Below are positions 23,534 to 38,400 of a DNA stretch of 64,000 nt, one piece after another. The notes beneath the pieces are model-generated. The model was not told where the DNA came from and made no database searches. It saw only the letters and a program-made list of their open reading frames with translations. This DNA is from Zygnema circumcarinatum SAG 698-1b (taxonomy: Eukaryota > Plantae > Zygnematophyceae): the NCBI GenBank assembly GCA_037447605.1, contig CM074805.1, positions 1,521,361-1,585,360 of the forward strand, read 5' to 3'. The translations under genes were made by a program, and so were the position numbers. Position 1 is the stretch's first letter, and the number at the start of each line of letters is the position of its first letter.

Positions 23534-26500
23534 ATGGAGAACTTCTACAGGATGATGAATAACTTTGGAGGCCTGGGCACTTCGTCGTCTGCTGGAACGC
23601 TGGAAACTTCAGTCTCTGCTCCTCCGGTTGTGGAGGAAAGCTCGAACTCGACTGAGGAAGGAACTACAGGAGAGAGCACGTTGACTCGGCCTGCGTCGGA
23701 TGGAGCTCTGGCTGCTTTGGCTTCGGAGGGGGAGGCCATTGCGATGGAGTCTCTTCCCACGCCGCATATTCCCATTGCTCAGACGGATGATGGTGATTCT
23801 GACTTCGTTGACGCACATGGCAGCTCTCCACCGGCAGAAGAGGCTGCCGTGTCTATCAGAGCTCCACTTACTGGGGTGGAAGACGAGAGTGACAATGACG
23901 ATGCGACAAGCTATGGCAGCATAGAGGAGCGAGGGAGCGCTTCCGTCACAGGAAGCTCAATCCAGTCGCCTGCAGTGGGCGAGGTGGACTTCGCCGCTGG
24001 AAGTCTCTCAGCTGCTCAAGCAGCGCTAGTGAGACTGAATGAACTGGCCGGTACTACTCCCACAACTGACAGGGCTTTGCTAGAAGGAGTTGATGAGGAA
24101 GGCTTTAAGACACGAGTCAACGAGATTGTGGATAACAGCAACCTTTCTATGAGTAGCCAGATGGTTCAGAATTTAGTGAACGAACTTCTGCCTATTGTCA
24201 GGGAGCTCAACGGGTCTGTAAATTCTACCAATGCTGAAGGCGATGTGTCTACTATGATGAACGGTGATGTCGCAAACGGGGATGCCGGGAGGCCAGTTGC
24301 GAAACTTACTGGAGATGAAGAGGATGAAGCGGCGGAGGCGGACGAAGAGGATGAAGTGGCGGAGGCGGACGAAGAGGATGACCACTTTGTGGTAGAGGAG
24401 GACGAACTTGAGGAAGGGGAGGAGGATGAAGAGGACGATGAGGGAGCAGGAACCGTAGCGGAAACTGGAGAGGGGTTGCGAGTGCGAGCAGATAGGGAAG
24501 GTATGGAGGATGACGACGACGATGAGGATGAATGGGATGATGAAGATTCAGACCCTATTGCTGCCCTCCAAAATGCTGTCCGAGCGTCTGCTGCTGCTGC
24601 TGCAGACGAAGCGGGTCCTGCTGCAGGGCAGCCTTCTCAGCCTCAGGGTTTGGGGACTGGACAGCCTTTGACTGGAGCTGCACGCAGAGAAGGCGGGAGT
24701 GCCCCGAGAAGCACTGCTGCTCCACCGGCAGGGCCCTCACCGGCTGCTGCCGCCGCAGAGGAAGACCCTGAGCAGAGGAAGATAAGAGAAAAGATGATGA
24801 GTCTCAGGGTGAAGCTGTTGAGAGTGGCTACCAGGCTGGGGCAGGATCATCACAATCCAGTTGTAGCACAGGTACTGTATCGCCTGCGGCTGGTTGAGCA
24901 AATGCGCAGCAGCGGCCGCGTTGGGGGTGTGGTGGGGCCCAGTGTTGATGACGCAGTTCGTGCTGCTGCTCAGTTAGAAGAAAGTGAGGGCTCAGATTCA
25001 GACCTTGATTTTGGTTGCACGATTATGTTGCTAGGCAAGTCAGGAGTGGGGAAAAGTGAGATTGTCAATACTCTTTTTAACACTGGACGGAGAGTATCCG
25101 CATTTCAGCCTGCTACGACGAAGGTTACTGAATCTGTGACAACTATAAAGGGCATTAAAATTCGTGTCATCGACACGCCTGGATTGTTGCCGGCTGTGAC
25201 TGATCAAAAGAAGAATGAGAAGATTTTGGGTCAAGTGAAGAAATTTATCAAGAATAGGGATCCGGAAATCATGCTTTATGTGGATAGACTTGACGTTCAG
25301 CCACCGCCGTATGGAGACCTCCCTCTTCTCCGCACTGTCACAGAAGTTTTTGGACCCGCTGTATGGTTCAATGCAATGGTGGTCTTCACGCATGCAGCCA
25401 CTTCTCCTCCAGATGATCAACGCGGCAATCCATTGAATTATGAAACTTATCAAGCCCAACGCTCTTATACTGTGCAGCAAAGCATTCGGCAAGCGGCAGG
25501 AGATATGCGACTCATGAATCCTGTTGCCCTTGCTGAGAATCATCCAAATTGCCGAACCAATAGGGCCGGAGAGCGAGTTTTGCCAAATGGCCAAATTTGG
25601 CGCCCTCAGCTTCTCTTGCTTTGCTTTTCGTCCAAAATACTCAATGAGGCAAACTCATTGTGGAGACCTCAAGATGCTGCTGGCGGTCTTTTGAGAATGG
25701 GAGGAGGTGCAGGCCAGAGGGCTAGGAACAACACTCTGCCATACTTACTCTCCCAGTTGCTACAGTGGCACGAGCCTTTAAGACTCCCAGACGATCAGAT
25801 GGGTGCAGAGGAGGACGAGCTGGAGGAAATATTTGGTGATGAAATTGATGAAAGGGATGACGAGGAAGAGGATTTGCCACCTTTCAATCCTCTAAGCTCG
25901 CAGCAGCTCGCCCAGCTCAAGCCACAACAGCGGCGAGAATATTTTGAAGAGCTGGAAGAACGTGAGAAAATATTCCGCGTAAGTATACTAATGGTTTATG
26001 TTCTAGTGAACAGCTTTAGGTTTTCATTTTTAGAAATCTACTATGGTTCTTTAATTTTGCGTGCAGCTAAACCTTTCTGAAACTGTGCTGGCAGAGAAAA
26101 GAATTTCGGGAGAATATCCGAAGGCGGCGAGAAATGAAACGCCGAGCAGCGGCTTTTAAAGAAGGTCTAACAACAGAGGAGACAACAGCGATGGAGGAGG
26201 AAGAAGAAGCACAAAGAAATGCCGCAGTCCCTGTGGCGATGCCTGACCTTCTGCTCCCACCTTCCTTCGACAGCGACAATCCTGTTTACCGTTATCGCGC
26301 TTTGGAGACAGGAACAGTGAGTACTCAGAGAACGCTTGAAATTTTGCTGATAGAAAAGAGGACACTGAATTTATTGCGTGGCTGTTTCAAGGATGACATA
26401 GGTGCCTCTTGGAACGTTTCTTGAAGTCCACTAGCTTCTCAGCATGTCGGTGAAAATAGAAAGATTTCACATTCGTTTTCTGCGCCAGCAAATAGCTTTC

Positions 26501-28480
26501 AAAGCCAAGATATGATGAATTTGAAGAAGGCAGCTGCTGAGGATTAAGTAGTTCCTTTTTTGTTTGGGGTTTGTTTGCTTCTGCATCAGGTCCTGGCAGC
26601 AATCTTTTCCTGTATAACGAATTGCCCCGTGCGTTGAAAGCATGCCATGTGTATTTTCATGAGGCGGGAGTGGTGGGACATCTTTGCAGTGGTTGGTGAG
26701 GCCGTTACTTGAGCAGCATGGGTGGGATCATGATGCTGGCTACGACGCGTTCAGCATTGAAAAGAGTTTCGTAATTGCGGGCATGCCTGGCACAGTCAAT
26801 GGCCAGGTAACGCTTCTTTCTATTCCTTTCTTTCTTTGGAAAGTTCACCAGTCCTTCCCACATTTCACTGAGTGTTTCATTATTGTTTTTCCAATTCTGT
26901 GAAAAGCCGTTACTCTGGAAAGGGAGGAGAGACAGAGAGAGGGTGCGGAAAGAGGGAGACAGAGAGATTGCGCCTAAAATGCCGCTATATTGGATGACTG
27001 TCTTTGAATAGTCCTGCTCACAATGGCAACATTCTGTTGAATGTGTGTTCTCAGCGGAAAACTTGAATGAGAGAAGTGCACCCCTGCATGTTACTAGTTA
27101 TTAGCATTTAAGATCAAGTCAATTTCTTCACTGACGAGTTCTGGCAAAACGAGAATGTGCTGATTTTCCTGTTGTCATGTGAATTTATGTTTGCGTTTTG
27201 AAGAATGTCCTGGCGTCTGCACCTGGCATATGTTCCTTGGTTGACTGTCGTTCAGTTTAGTGTCATTTACAGCCAGTCCTCTGCCTGTCCAGGCTATGGA
27301 GTTCGCTGTTTTTGTATCGACGACCTTCAAACTGCACCAGTCTACTAACGTTTCTTAAGAAGCAATTCTACCGTCAGATATTGAGTGTATTTGTCTCCAG
27401 CAGCATAACAGATGGGTTTAGTCAGGGTAACAAGTTGTCAGCTATTTGTTTGGGTTAAATCCCGTGTTTTCCCTTCTGAACCTTTGTTAGATGAACGTAA
27501 AATGCTGTTTCTTGATTTCACCTGTATACAAGTCTTGGTTCTGAGGCGTGGCTGTGATTGGGCTTGTGATTGAACAGATCAGCAAGGATAAGAAGGACGC
27601 CCAGATTGCCCTAGAAGCAGCGATGAGCAAGTGGTTTGGAGAGGCCGGGCCTTTCACCCCCGTTTCGACCACCGGTCTGGACGTGCACACTATTGGGAAG
27701 GATTTGGCCTACACTCTGCATGCGGGCCACCGGATATCCAACCTGAAACGCAACAAGACAAGCGCAGGGTTTTCTCTTACTTTGCTCGGCGAGGCAATCA
27801 CTTTCGGTTTGAAAGTAAGCATTGTGGGCCCACATACATAGTTGAGCACATGGTCGCATCGTCGTATGGTCGCATATACATGGTTCTTCTATGGGCGCAC
27901 TCTAGGTTGCAACAATGGTTGTTCATTGGCCGAAGTGATGGTTGATGAATTGTGGCTGACTGAGTGTAGCCAAAACATCTGATGTATTGTTTTTTTCCTT
28001 CTGTCGTTGTAAGGGGCTTTTCCTTCGTTGATTCCCTGGACAACTGCTGACTCTCAACTCATGTGCTGTGATGGGCTGTCACTCATGCAGCTTGAAGATC
28101 GGCTCTCTCTGGGCAAGCGAGGCAAGATCACTGCTGCGGTGGGACAACTGAAGGGCCGCAATGACAGCGCCCGAGGCGGCAACCTTGAGCTGACGGTGCA
28201 CCACAGCAAGGACTACCCCTTGGACAGAAGTCAGACGGTTCTGGGCGCCACTGTCATGGACTGGCAGGGCGACCTGGCGCTTGGGGCTAATGTGCAGACC
28301 TCCTTCTCCCTGGGGAAGACCTCCTTGACCTGCCGCTCCAACCTGAACAACAGAGGGGCGGGGCAGATCAGCATTAGAGCACACTCCAACGAGCAGATGT
28401 ACATGGCGCTCGTCGGCGTCGTGCCTTTGGTCCAACACTTCATTGGCATGCGCCTGCTTGGGCGACATGGCCAAAACTAG
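23534..28480 (+). CDS. Toc159-family (Toc159/132/120) chloroplast import receptor GTPase; 5 exons
   Basis: Acidic A-domain; G-domain GKSGVGKS, DTPG, LYVDRLD, ENHPNCRTNRAGERVLPNGQ; M-domain LPPSFDSDNP, GWDHD, NLNNRGAGQISIR. Exons ~23534-25978, 26095-26317, 26690-26806, 27578-27813, 28091-28480. Confidence 0.93.
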
Positions 28481-29141
28481 GAGAGGCACAAACAGGGTCG
28501 AATTAGCACCTATTTTTTTGAGGGGGGGGGAGGGCTGAGTGTAGGACGGGTGGAGATGTTGCCCTGTACGGAGTAGGAGGATCGCTATGATTGGTACCGA
28601 TGATATTAAGTGGTAGAGAACATTCTGACGCAACATCACATCGCAGAAATTTTGAGAAATTGCCCTTTTTTTCTTTTGAAACGAATCAAAATGAAATGAA
28701 ACATAAATGAAACAATTCTCGTCTGTGACGGTTTGAAGTGTCAGCTGCTTCTAAGAGAAATGTGGGACACTGCAGCGAATTGTGTCACGTTTCGTGCAGC
28801 TGTGTGAAACGCTTCTTGAAGTACAATTGTTTTCGGAAAGATACACCCTGCACTCAAAGGGCGACTTCACCTAAACACAATCAAGCAGTTAGGCTACCTC
28901 TGCCCGCCCACTTCCTGCGGTTGCATTCTTGAAGGCACCAGAGACAGCTCAACACCGATTAAATCGTTGCGAAAAAAAGCATTTCATTTCTGGTCCTTTA
29001 CACATGAAGCGCCGTTTGAAAGCAGATATTAGTGCCTCTTTTGGCAACAATTCAGCGCACGTGGGTTAGGTCGCTGAAAGATGAGATCCAGCTTTCTAAG
29101 GTTAAGATCCAAACTACCGTAACTTTCTCTTACTATGCGGC

Positions 29142-32100
29142 TTACACGCTAACGTTTGTCACGGCTGGCGCCGCTTTGTCAATCCTCTTCATTATCCCCG
29201 CGATCACCTGCTCAAGCACAAAACATGGGCGTTGGCAATGCAGAACTCGTAGCCCTACAAACCCTTACAAGAAGTGACCTGGAAAGAAACGTTTAACGTG
29301 GAGAGATAGATTGGCTGACAACAAAGTTGGGGCTTCAAGGGGTGCTCATTCCCATGATAAGTCACAATGTCGGTGGAAAGGAAAGGTTTTCCCCGCACTG
29401 ACAATCAAATGGACCCTTGTTCTGCCACGGGTGGAAGCATACCTTCCCAGGGCCAAGTTCGTAAGAGTTCTGTAGACCTTTCTCCAAGAGTGTCTTCAGT
29501 GTGGTCTCCCATTGCACAGGCGACGTCACCTGTGTACATGAAACAGAAAGCAATTCAGTTCAATTAGTTTGTTCGCTTCATCGAAAACCTTAAAGCGTCC
29601 TTATGTCTTCATACAGGCCAGAGTAGGGCATGCGAAAGAGAAGCCAACTACGTTACAGTACTTGCCACAATAGAAGCTTCAGTTGAAAGGAGGAAAACAC
29701 ACAGTCGACCGAGAAGGGTTTCAATAGCCATAGCTTAAACAAGCGAAGTTCAAATTTTAATGCCTAATGTCATTGCGATGGCCCAAAAGGAGTTCACCTT
29801 TCCTCAGTCTGCACGCAGGAGGCTTCTGCTCCTCTGTACTCTTCGAAATGACACAGAGACTGAACTAAAAGTGTGTGAATGGTTTCAGCTTTATCGGCGG
29901 AATACTCTCAACAGCTGCACCCACCTGTTGCGCAAGAATCTGTTTGATGGTCGCTGGATCCGAATGAGGCTTTGCATCCACGTTGGAAATTACTGGAATT
30001 TGTGGAGTTCGAATCTCTGTGCTGGCTAGTGCCTCCTGTAGCTTAGCCACAGCTGGTGCCATGTACTGCGTATGAAATGCCCCTGCGACAGCTAATCGTA
30101 CCTGGAAATCAACAAGACCGAGTTTCAGGCATGGCAAACAAGCTGTAAACAACAACATATAGCCTCCGATAAACTCAAAGGAAGAAGATGGGCAACAAGA
30201 TTCCTAGTCCGCTGTTCCTGTTGCAATGGACTTTTCTTCAATTTTAAACTCCACTTCTGCCGATTACATGAAGTAAATTTGTTTTGACTGACTGAGCTAC
30301 GAGTTGCTGTTCCTGTCATTTCCTAATTCCTCTCAATACTTATCCTCGTGTCATTTGCTGTTACGTAAAAATAATTTGAGCAACTGTCACTCACCGTCAT
30401 GCGAGCCTTGAAGGACTTTGCCTTCGCTTCAACTGCCTCACAACCCTTCAGACCTCCCGACACTGCATAGTTTCCCTGAGAGCACACCCTCCATACCCCT
30501 TTCACTGAAATGTTGGAACTTGTTGCACGGCAATGCACTTACAACCTCACGATAGCTAGCCAACAGGATTACGCAAGTGTTGGATATTGTAGACAACCAT
30601 CTTTAGCTGAAATACTAAAACTTGCATGCAGCAAAGTGAAGCATAAAAGTGGGCAATCACTAATTCACAAATTTTGAGCTGGCAGCAACTGCGATTCGGC
30701 AGCTCCCATGCCTTTTTCCCGTTTTTCATAAAACTGCACTTGGAGATTGTCACACTTCAAAAAAAGTTCAGTGGGCAGGTGAGGCAGAAGGAACATACAG
30801 GACATAGAAAATTTGCAATTTGAACTTTCTCTGACTCCTCAACGTCTTCATTGGCAGAGTCGCAAAGCTCCTGCACTTTGGCTGCATCGAGTCCGATAAC
30901 GCTCACCATACCGCTCTTTGCTGCATCTGCAGCTGCCTGGCAACCATTTTATATAGCGGCAGTTAAAAGAGCTATCATTGACTTTACCAATGCCGCTTAC
31001 AAAGATAATTTTATTCTCCAATCTAGACAAGTTCCCAGTTTTTTTTTTTCTTTCAAAGTTGTCATAGGAAATCAGAACAAGGAAGGATCGCGTTGCACGA
31101 TTGAAGGAGGTACCAGAATGCTGGCAGCTCGCATACGATCATCATCGGCAATGTTATCAGGACTCAGAAGTTGAAATTGGTCTACTATATCTTGCCAACT
31201 AATTATTGAGCAATGCAATCAGTAGAGGCATCAGTGAGACAATAGTTATTTGAATTGACGAAACAATACATTTGGCATAATGTAAGACCATTCTGCCACA
31301 CCTGCATCGCTTCGCCGCGAAGTTTCACTAGGCGTAGGCCATCCTCAAAGCTGCACAATCAATCAATTGTTTTTAGACATCTGGATCTGTTCCAATTCAT
31401 TAAAACCAATTAGGAAAATGCTATCCATTCTGTGAGATTTCCAAAACGAAAGTCTGTCCACGGCTTCCCTCTTAAGGGTGTCCTTTCGTAAAAAAGACTC
31501 ATTTTTTTTCTCAAACGATATATATCCAAAGAAGCAAATAAACTTAGAACTTCTACCTGGTCCCACGCTACCCCTTGCTCATGGCCAAAGATTGATTTTA
31601 ACTTTAATATCCATGTCTGCCACAGTCAGTTTTCAATCACTGTACCCGTCGCATTAGAAGGGAAGATAGAGGGGCACACTGATTCCAGGTTGCACAGTTA
31701 GCAAGATCCAGGATTCTGGAACTCTCAGTTAGGAGAAAGAACCCAGTTAAATCTTCTATTATTCAGTTCTGTTCTCTCCCTTGGTTAATCGATGCGCATA
31801 CCTTAGCGCTCCTGCAAAGGCCAGAGCGGTGTATTCTCCGAGGCTGAGACCACAAGTGACATCAACAGAATCGATGGTAGCCTGACCACCCTCTTGGGAG
31901 CGTAAGGCTTCAATTGCTGCCAGGCTTGCAACATAAATAGCGGGCTGTCCCACATTTATGCAACCGACAACACAACAGCATGATTAGAAGATTGATACTG
32001 GAAGATACCCGAAGAGCTACCAAAGTTATTGTGATGATGTTCAGTTGTCACAAACTTTGTGCTAAATGCAATATGTGAATGAGTGATGATTCTACATTGC

Positions 32101-34895
32101 TTAGCACGCAAAACAATAAAACGGAAACTTGTATGGCTGATCCTGCCCAGGTAAACAAAATTACTTCTTGAGAAAACATCAGCAATTCTTTTTCAAGTTG
32201 GTTGTCCAAAGAATGCATGAACTAACGATATCCAATCTCACGCTGATGAAGCATTACCTACATGCCCAGTCAGGACTACCAATGAGTACCTCACGTCGAA
32301 AAGGAACAAAGGTTTACATAAAGATTGTCCTAGCCATGTCGACCTTCATTAGAATCACAATTCTAAGATCAAAGCACGTACCTGGCTGACCACCGTTGAG
32401 TCCAGCTTTTCTTTCGGCCCATTGATGCAAACATCCAGCAAGTCATATCTGCAGCATGCCAGACAAGATCCAGGCAGTGAGTGCAAGTCGAGAAGCAAGT
32501 AAGAAAGTCAGTTAATACCTAAAGCTAGACAATCTTGAAGAGATTGACGCATTACGCCACTCCTAATGGACCCATATCTGGAACGATGACTAACGTGAAG
32601 AAGCGGAGGAAGGGTATTGTGGATAGAGGTGCTTAGGTTTTAGCGTGATAACAGCAAAGTGTATGCAGTATTCCCACACACAGCTTTGTCATCAGGACAG
32701 GCGATGGGGATGTACACTGCTTGCGACTATAAATTCTCCACTATGCAGATATATTTAATGAAAAGAAAGATCTCCATGACGGAAGAAAACAGGCGCCTGC
32801 ATTCCATCAGAAGTCTGTTGGCGGATAACGGAAAATGGAGACTTGAATGGAAGGTGAAACCATTAAAAAGTGTTGAGACATGCAGATGAGGAAAATGTGA
32901 CTTGATCACGGGGTTCACTACAGTAACGGAGGGGAAACATTTACTCTTCCTAAAGTGGTAGTATCTCGATATAGCCTATACGTGCGCACCTCAACTGCAG
33001 ACAACTAATGGTAGGACAGCACCCACCCCAGAATCTCTTTGGCCTTCTCAAAGAGAGCCGCTGCTGCTGGAATATCGGCTGCTCCTGCTCCCATGCCAAC
33101 TGCTTGGGCACCCTGCTTCCAATCCCGACAGTACATGTCCAATGAATGAGTTGTTTCAGTAAGGAGACCGCAAGCATTAAGTGTTACAATTATTGACCAA
33201 ATTGTAGATGAGCAAGACAAGAGACGAGGTGGCATGATCGCCAATTCTCAGCAGATGGACAACCATAAACAGCGCTCTACAGCTGACTTAATTTATCGCA
33301 TGTGATTAACACTTGGACGAAAGCTTATCTCTGCCGAGTTCATGATTTTTACACAAGTGAAATAATTGATTGAGTGCCGAAGTCCTGTGCAGAATGAAGT
33401 CAAGACTTCAGCAGTTTATAGTTACATTAGCACAGTCAAGATTTACTTGAAGGTAACTCAAATATAATGCTTAAATTCTTTCTGTATCCTGTTCTTCTAA
33501 TCTCTGGGCCATGTGTGTATCGATACTTTTCGCATTGCAACTACGAAGACGATGGAGGGTGACGAGGTGACTTATGTGAGATCACAATGTAAATAATAGA
33601 GTTATACGATCTCGGCAGCTTGCAATTTCCCCAATAAGCTTGCAGTCAGCTTCTAAGCCGGATAACCTTATCTACGATAGGTGGTTACTATTCAGAGAAG
33701 CACGCGTCGACATTTCCCATATTGCTAAAAAAATGGCAGAATTGACGAGGGCAGAACATTGAAGTCAAGAAGTATTTTGAATTCTCTGTCCCCTCAACTA
33801 GGACGCTTGTCACGAGCACTTGAGAAGTACAAAATAGCAGCTGCTTCCACTGATCATTACAAGAAGAAAAAAGCAAGTTCTTATGTTTGCAAGAAGATGG
33901 CAGCAAACAGCAAGAGAAGGTCCTGCAGATACCTGGCCAGGAAATAAGAATGCCGTGCTGGCCTTATAGTCCAGAAAGAGCTCATCACTGACAGCAGTCT
34001 CAGTGGCTGAGCTCATTCGACATTGAGAACGATTTTTTGTTCCTGGGAAGGACGACCATGATCCCAGCTGTTTGTGGCGAATGCTGGAACCCCACCGCAA
34101 GAGGTCCGAACAAGGTCACAATTCACTCTGACAAAGTGTGGTGCGGTCCTCAAGAAACATCTGCTCAAGCTGCTTCGCTTCGTTAGGCGATGAACTTAGG
34201 TTTCTTCAGTACTAGTTGCATTGAACGAAACTCAGCATTTTGCTGTTGCAAGAGGAGAAGTGAGACACAGTACTTTAGTTTTTCCACACACTACTGATGA
34301 AAATGCTTAAACTCATCTCACCGACAGTGCACTAGTCCTGGAAACAGTTACAGCTTCCAAAAAACCATAGGAATCTTTACATGTGAACATTTGTGCAGAT
34401 GCAATATAGCAGAAAGAACATCAGGGAGTCGAGTGCATGTGACACTTTCAAGCGCAAGTCGTGCATACGGAGCAGAAATAGAGACGCAACTTGAGTATGC
34501 AATCGGCTCAAGGTTCTAACGACTGTCTGAATTTCAAAACTTATATATCTTGACAGAAAAAAGTTGACGCAAACCAATGAGAAAGGAAAAAATCATCAGA
34601 AAGAAAAGTGCAGCAAACAGGTAGCCGCTCTGAAAAGAAAAAGAATAGCAATAAATCATAGAAGTCGGCATCAAAGGATGTGATGTCAGCACCTCCAGCC
34701 CGCACTTGAACTTTGGCCACGACAGTTAACAGAATCCTTAGGCAATAAAGTAGCTCTGACAGGACTGACATGAAATGCCGCAGCTATTCTGTGTGTGGAC
34801 TGCCTATGACTGCTTCCGATGCTTTGACCGGCTTCTAGAGCTGCCGTCAACCGTCTGGTTGAAGCGGCAGCCACCACATCCGCAAGCGCAGCCAT
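29142..34895 (-). CDS. fabD: Malonyl-CoA:ACP transacylase (FabD/MCAT, EMB3147-like), organelle-targeted; multi-exon
   Basis: FLFPGQ|GAQAVGM, SQPAIYV, GLSLGEY (GxSxG serine), RGEAMQ, IANFLCP, LAVAGAFHT, SPVQWE, ELGPGK, terminal VTNVSV*. Confidence 0.93.
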
Positions 34896-35467
34896 GCCTT
34901 CCTTCTTCTTCTTCTTCTTCTCCTCCTGAAAAGAGAACTGATTCAAGCAAGCACCGCTCCTCCCTGCTCCTGCTACTGCTCCTGCTCTCTGCTTTCTGCG
35001 CTCGCGGGCTTCAAGAGTTCCTTACGAAGGGGAGGCCTTACGGTACCAAGGTGATCAGACACGTGGCGCCACCTCAGGCGCCTCCTGCTGAATACGCGGC
35101 TGAGCACTGATTGGTTGTGAGGCTGAGCTGGCTGCCACGTGGCATGTCCGGACCAATCACGGCTGCGCGATCGACGGCGGGCACAGACTCGACACGAGGC
35201 GGCTCCGGATGAAGGTCGACGCCGTCAAAACGGAGCCAATGGGTCAGTGACACGTGGTGAACGCTGAGTACGGTAACCCGGTATTCTACTCATGGAGAAG
35301 TGGATCGAAATGTCAAAGAACGAGGAACCCCGGCTGGCCATTGGTCGATTTTCAGTTGCGTTGATCCACCGACATGGTGGACCTGCGTTGCTCCTGAAGG
35401 CTCCTCGGTAGACTCTTGCAGTCGGTGCAAGCGCTAGCGGAGGACGCTGGAGTGAGAGCGAGCAGCC
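34896..35467. promoter_or_regulatory. Bidirectional promoter between MCAT and the ABC-B gene
   Basis: Head-to-head starts ~570 bp apart; three CACGTG G-boxes (~35060, 35136, 35251) interleaved with CCAAT/ATTGG boxes. Confidence 0.55.
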
Positions 35468-38400
35468 ATGGCGGGGAGCTCAGCTATGGAGAGCGCTTCA
35501 GAGTCGACGCCTCTTCTGGCGGGCGCTTCAGGTGAAAAGGTAAGTGTAGAATACTGACTTGTATGGCTGCTCACGTTAAATCCAGTGTGTCAGTTAAGGA
35601 GCATGTTGATGGAAGAGTAGCTGTCGTTATGAGGAAGAAAGGCGAAAAGCTTGTTCTCGTTTGATTTGACGGATCCAAAATTTCACTTGAGTTCTAAGAG
35701 GATTCATATTCACCGTTTCTGCAGCAAACCATAAGACAGGATGTTTAGATGAGCTAAGAAATGTGACATGGGATCAGAATGAAAAGAGTTTCGCGTCCTC
35801 TTTCAGGAGCGACGTGGCGCCGCTGTAAATCCGGGTATTCCTCATCAGCATCAGTCTGACCTCTTGGAACACACTCCGGAGCAAACCCTTGATGTGGAAG
35901 CAGGTGGTTCGAAGGTACAAGTCTGACAAAATACATTTATGTGATTCACTTTCAATGTTCTACATCATTGCTGGAACCATTCATCGGTATGTCGCTTCTT
36001 TATTATTTTTTTCTGCTTCTTTCTATTTGTTTTGGTACCGCCCCGTTGTTTCACTGAAAATTTATTGCAACTCATTACTGCACCGACTTCTTGGCTTTCC
36101 AGGAACTTATTTTTAGGCACTTTGATTGTGTTGATTTTGGCAGGATATTGGGGGAATCAAACGAATTCTGTTACTTGTGAGTTTCCCCTCGTACTCCTTT
36201 TTATTTTTTTTGTTTTTATGACAAGCACTCAGCAAAATGTTGTGCCCTTGACATGACGTGGCATGACTAATGCGAATGTTTAAAGCGATATTGAGAATAC
36301 AAGTGCGTTTTTCCTTTTTCTCTTCCCCTTTCTGGGGAGCAGGCGAAGGAGGAAACGAATGTGCTTATTTTTGCCACTATCGCATTGGCGATTTCTGCTG
36401 TCTCCAGTGTTGCGCTGGTAAGGATGAAGGCATCAGTTTGCTCAAGTGGGAGCGCTGCAGCTTGTCGGACATATGAGTTAGCATCGAACGTTTTGCTGAT
36501 GCACAGCAAAGTGACAGGAAATGCCAGTGCCGAAGCTCATTTTTTTCTGGGAAGGTCAGTTAGTACTTTGTTTGAGCTCTGCAGGTATGCCTGCACTTGT
36601 TAAATCTCTAGTGATATGTTTAACTGTGTGTTTTAGCCACAATTTGGAGGACGATTGGTTGACATAGTTACCTCATTTGAAGACACCGAAGCAGGCCGTG
36701 CTATAGCCAAGAATGAAGTCTACAATACCCTCCTTTATCTGGTTGTGATCATTTTGATCGGGTGAGAAAAAGCCTTCTCTATAACTCATGAGCATCTCCT
36801 CACTGAATCATGGCGCTAGTCCAGTGTTGCCTAGGATACATATGAAAGGTGGAAGATCGTCATTTGTTTCATCTTGTGCTTTTGTCATCGTTTTCGTGCC
36901 TATGTGTGTGAGCACCAGTATTGAATGGAATCCACTTGTGGTTTGGTTGAGTTCTTCCATTGTATGCATTGTGCCAATTCCTTGTTTCATCTCTTTTTTC
37001 CCCCCTATTCCTCATTGTATTGTTGATTCGCTACCATGCCCAATGTCTGCATGCATGCACAGATCAGGAGCATCTTCTCTGAGGTCGTACCTCTTCACTG
37101 CTGCAAGTGAGCGGGTAGTAGCACGCCTTCGAAAACAGCTCTTTGCTAAACTTATGAGTCAGGTGAGGAGGAGCCTCTCAATTACAAGAAGTCCCCATGC
37201 CTGTCACAAAGGAGGAATTCTTTGAATATTTGCGCATGGAAATGTTGCACTGAGATTATACAAAGATTGCAAATATTGCTTCATGACTGAAGAAGCCTTC
37301 TCTCAGCAGATCTGCGTATTTCTCAGACGTCCTCTGTGATGATCCATGATTCCTTGACATGTATTCAACTCAACTCACTCGGCATGCAGGAGGTCGCTTT
37401 TTTTGATGTCACGAGAACAGGGGAACTCCTTAATCGTCTCGCGGAGGACACTCAGATCATAAAAAATGCTGCTACTATCAATTTGTCAGAAGCCCTGCGG
37501 AGTACCGCTACGGGTTTGCTGGCCCTTCTTTTTATGTTTTACACGTCTTGGCGCCTCACACGTGAGCACATTCTCCATCGCCATTGTATGCCATCGCAAT
37601 AGGTGGACTGCAGGAATTTGCCGCCCATATGTCTAAAATGAAATTGTGGACAGCGTCTCATCCGTTCAACATGGCAATCCCATGTACAGAACTGGAACTC
37701 TTAACAGCACACGATTCTGACAGCATCTTGTTCGTTGATCCAGTTTTGGCTCTGGTGGTTGTTCCTCCCGTTTCTGTCGGCATCCGTAGCTTCGGTCTCT
37801 ATCTCCGCAAATTGTCTGAGAAGACTCAAGCTGCATCTGCCGCAGCGGCAGCTGTTGCAGAGGTATACCCCCTCAATTCCCGTAAGACTTTTTTATGTAG
37901 GGAATGGAAGCACATGATGCTTTTTGGCTGTCGCGGCAGTCAGCCAGGTTGTACTTTGACCTGCTTGACAGGAAGTGTCTGATGGGCGGGCTGAGGGGGC
38001 AATGGCAGGAGTGTCTGGGATCCGTACGGACCGTGCGATCATTTGCGCAGGAAGATGCAGAGAGTGCGCGCTACGGAGAGAAAGTGGATGACAGCATGAA
38101 GTTGGGAATCCAACAAGCGGTACGTTCTAGGCCAGACAATGCGTGTTCTGTAAAAGGGCGCTCTGTAACCCGTCACCGGGCGTAAGATGTTGCTCAGGAA
38201 TCCCCCCTTTTTCCTTTCCCTCTCGCCCTCCCCCTTTCCCTCTCCGTCTCCCTCCCCCTTTCTCTCCCCTTTTCCCCCCTTCCTCCCCCTCCCAACAGCC
38301 CATGGAAAAAATCAAGCGGATCTTTGAAGTGGGAGGAATGTCTCAGACTTACATACAGATACGCCCTTGCAGCTGGCCGTGGGTCTATTCGGAGGTGGCG

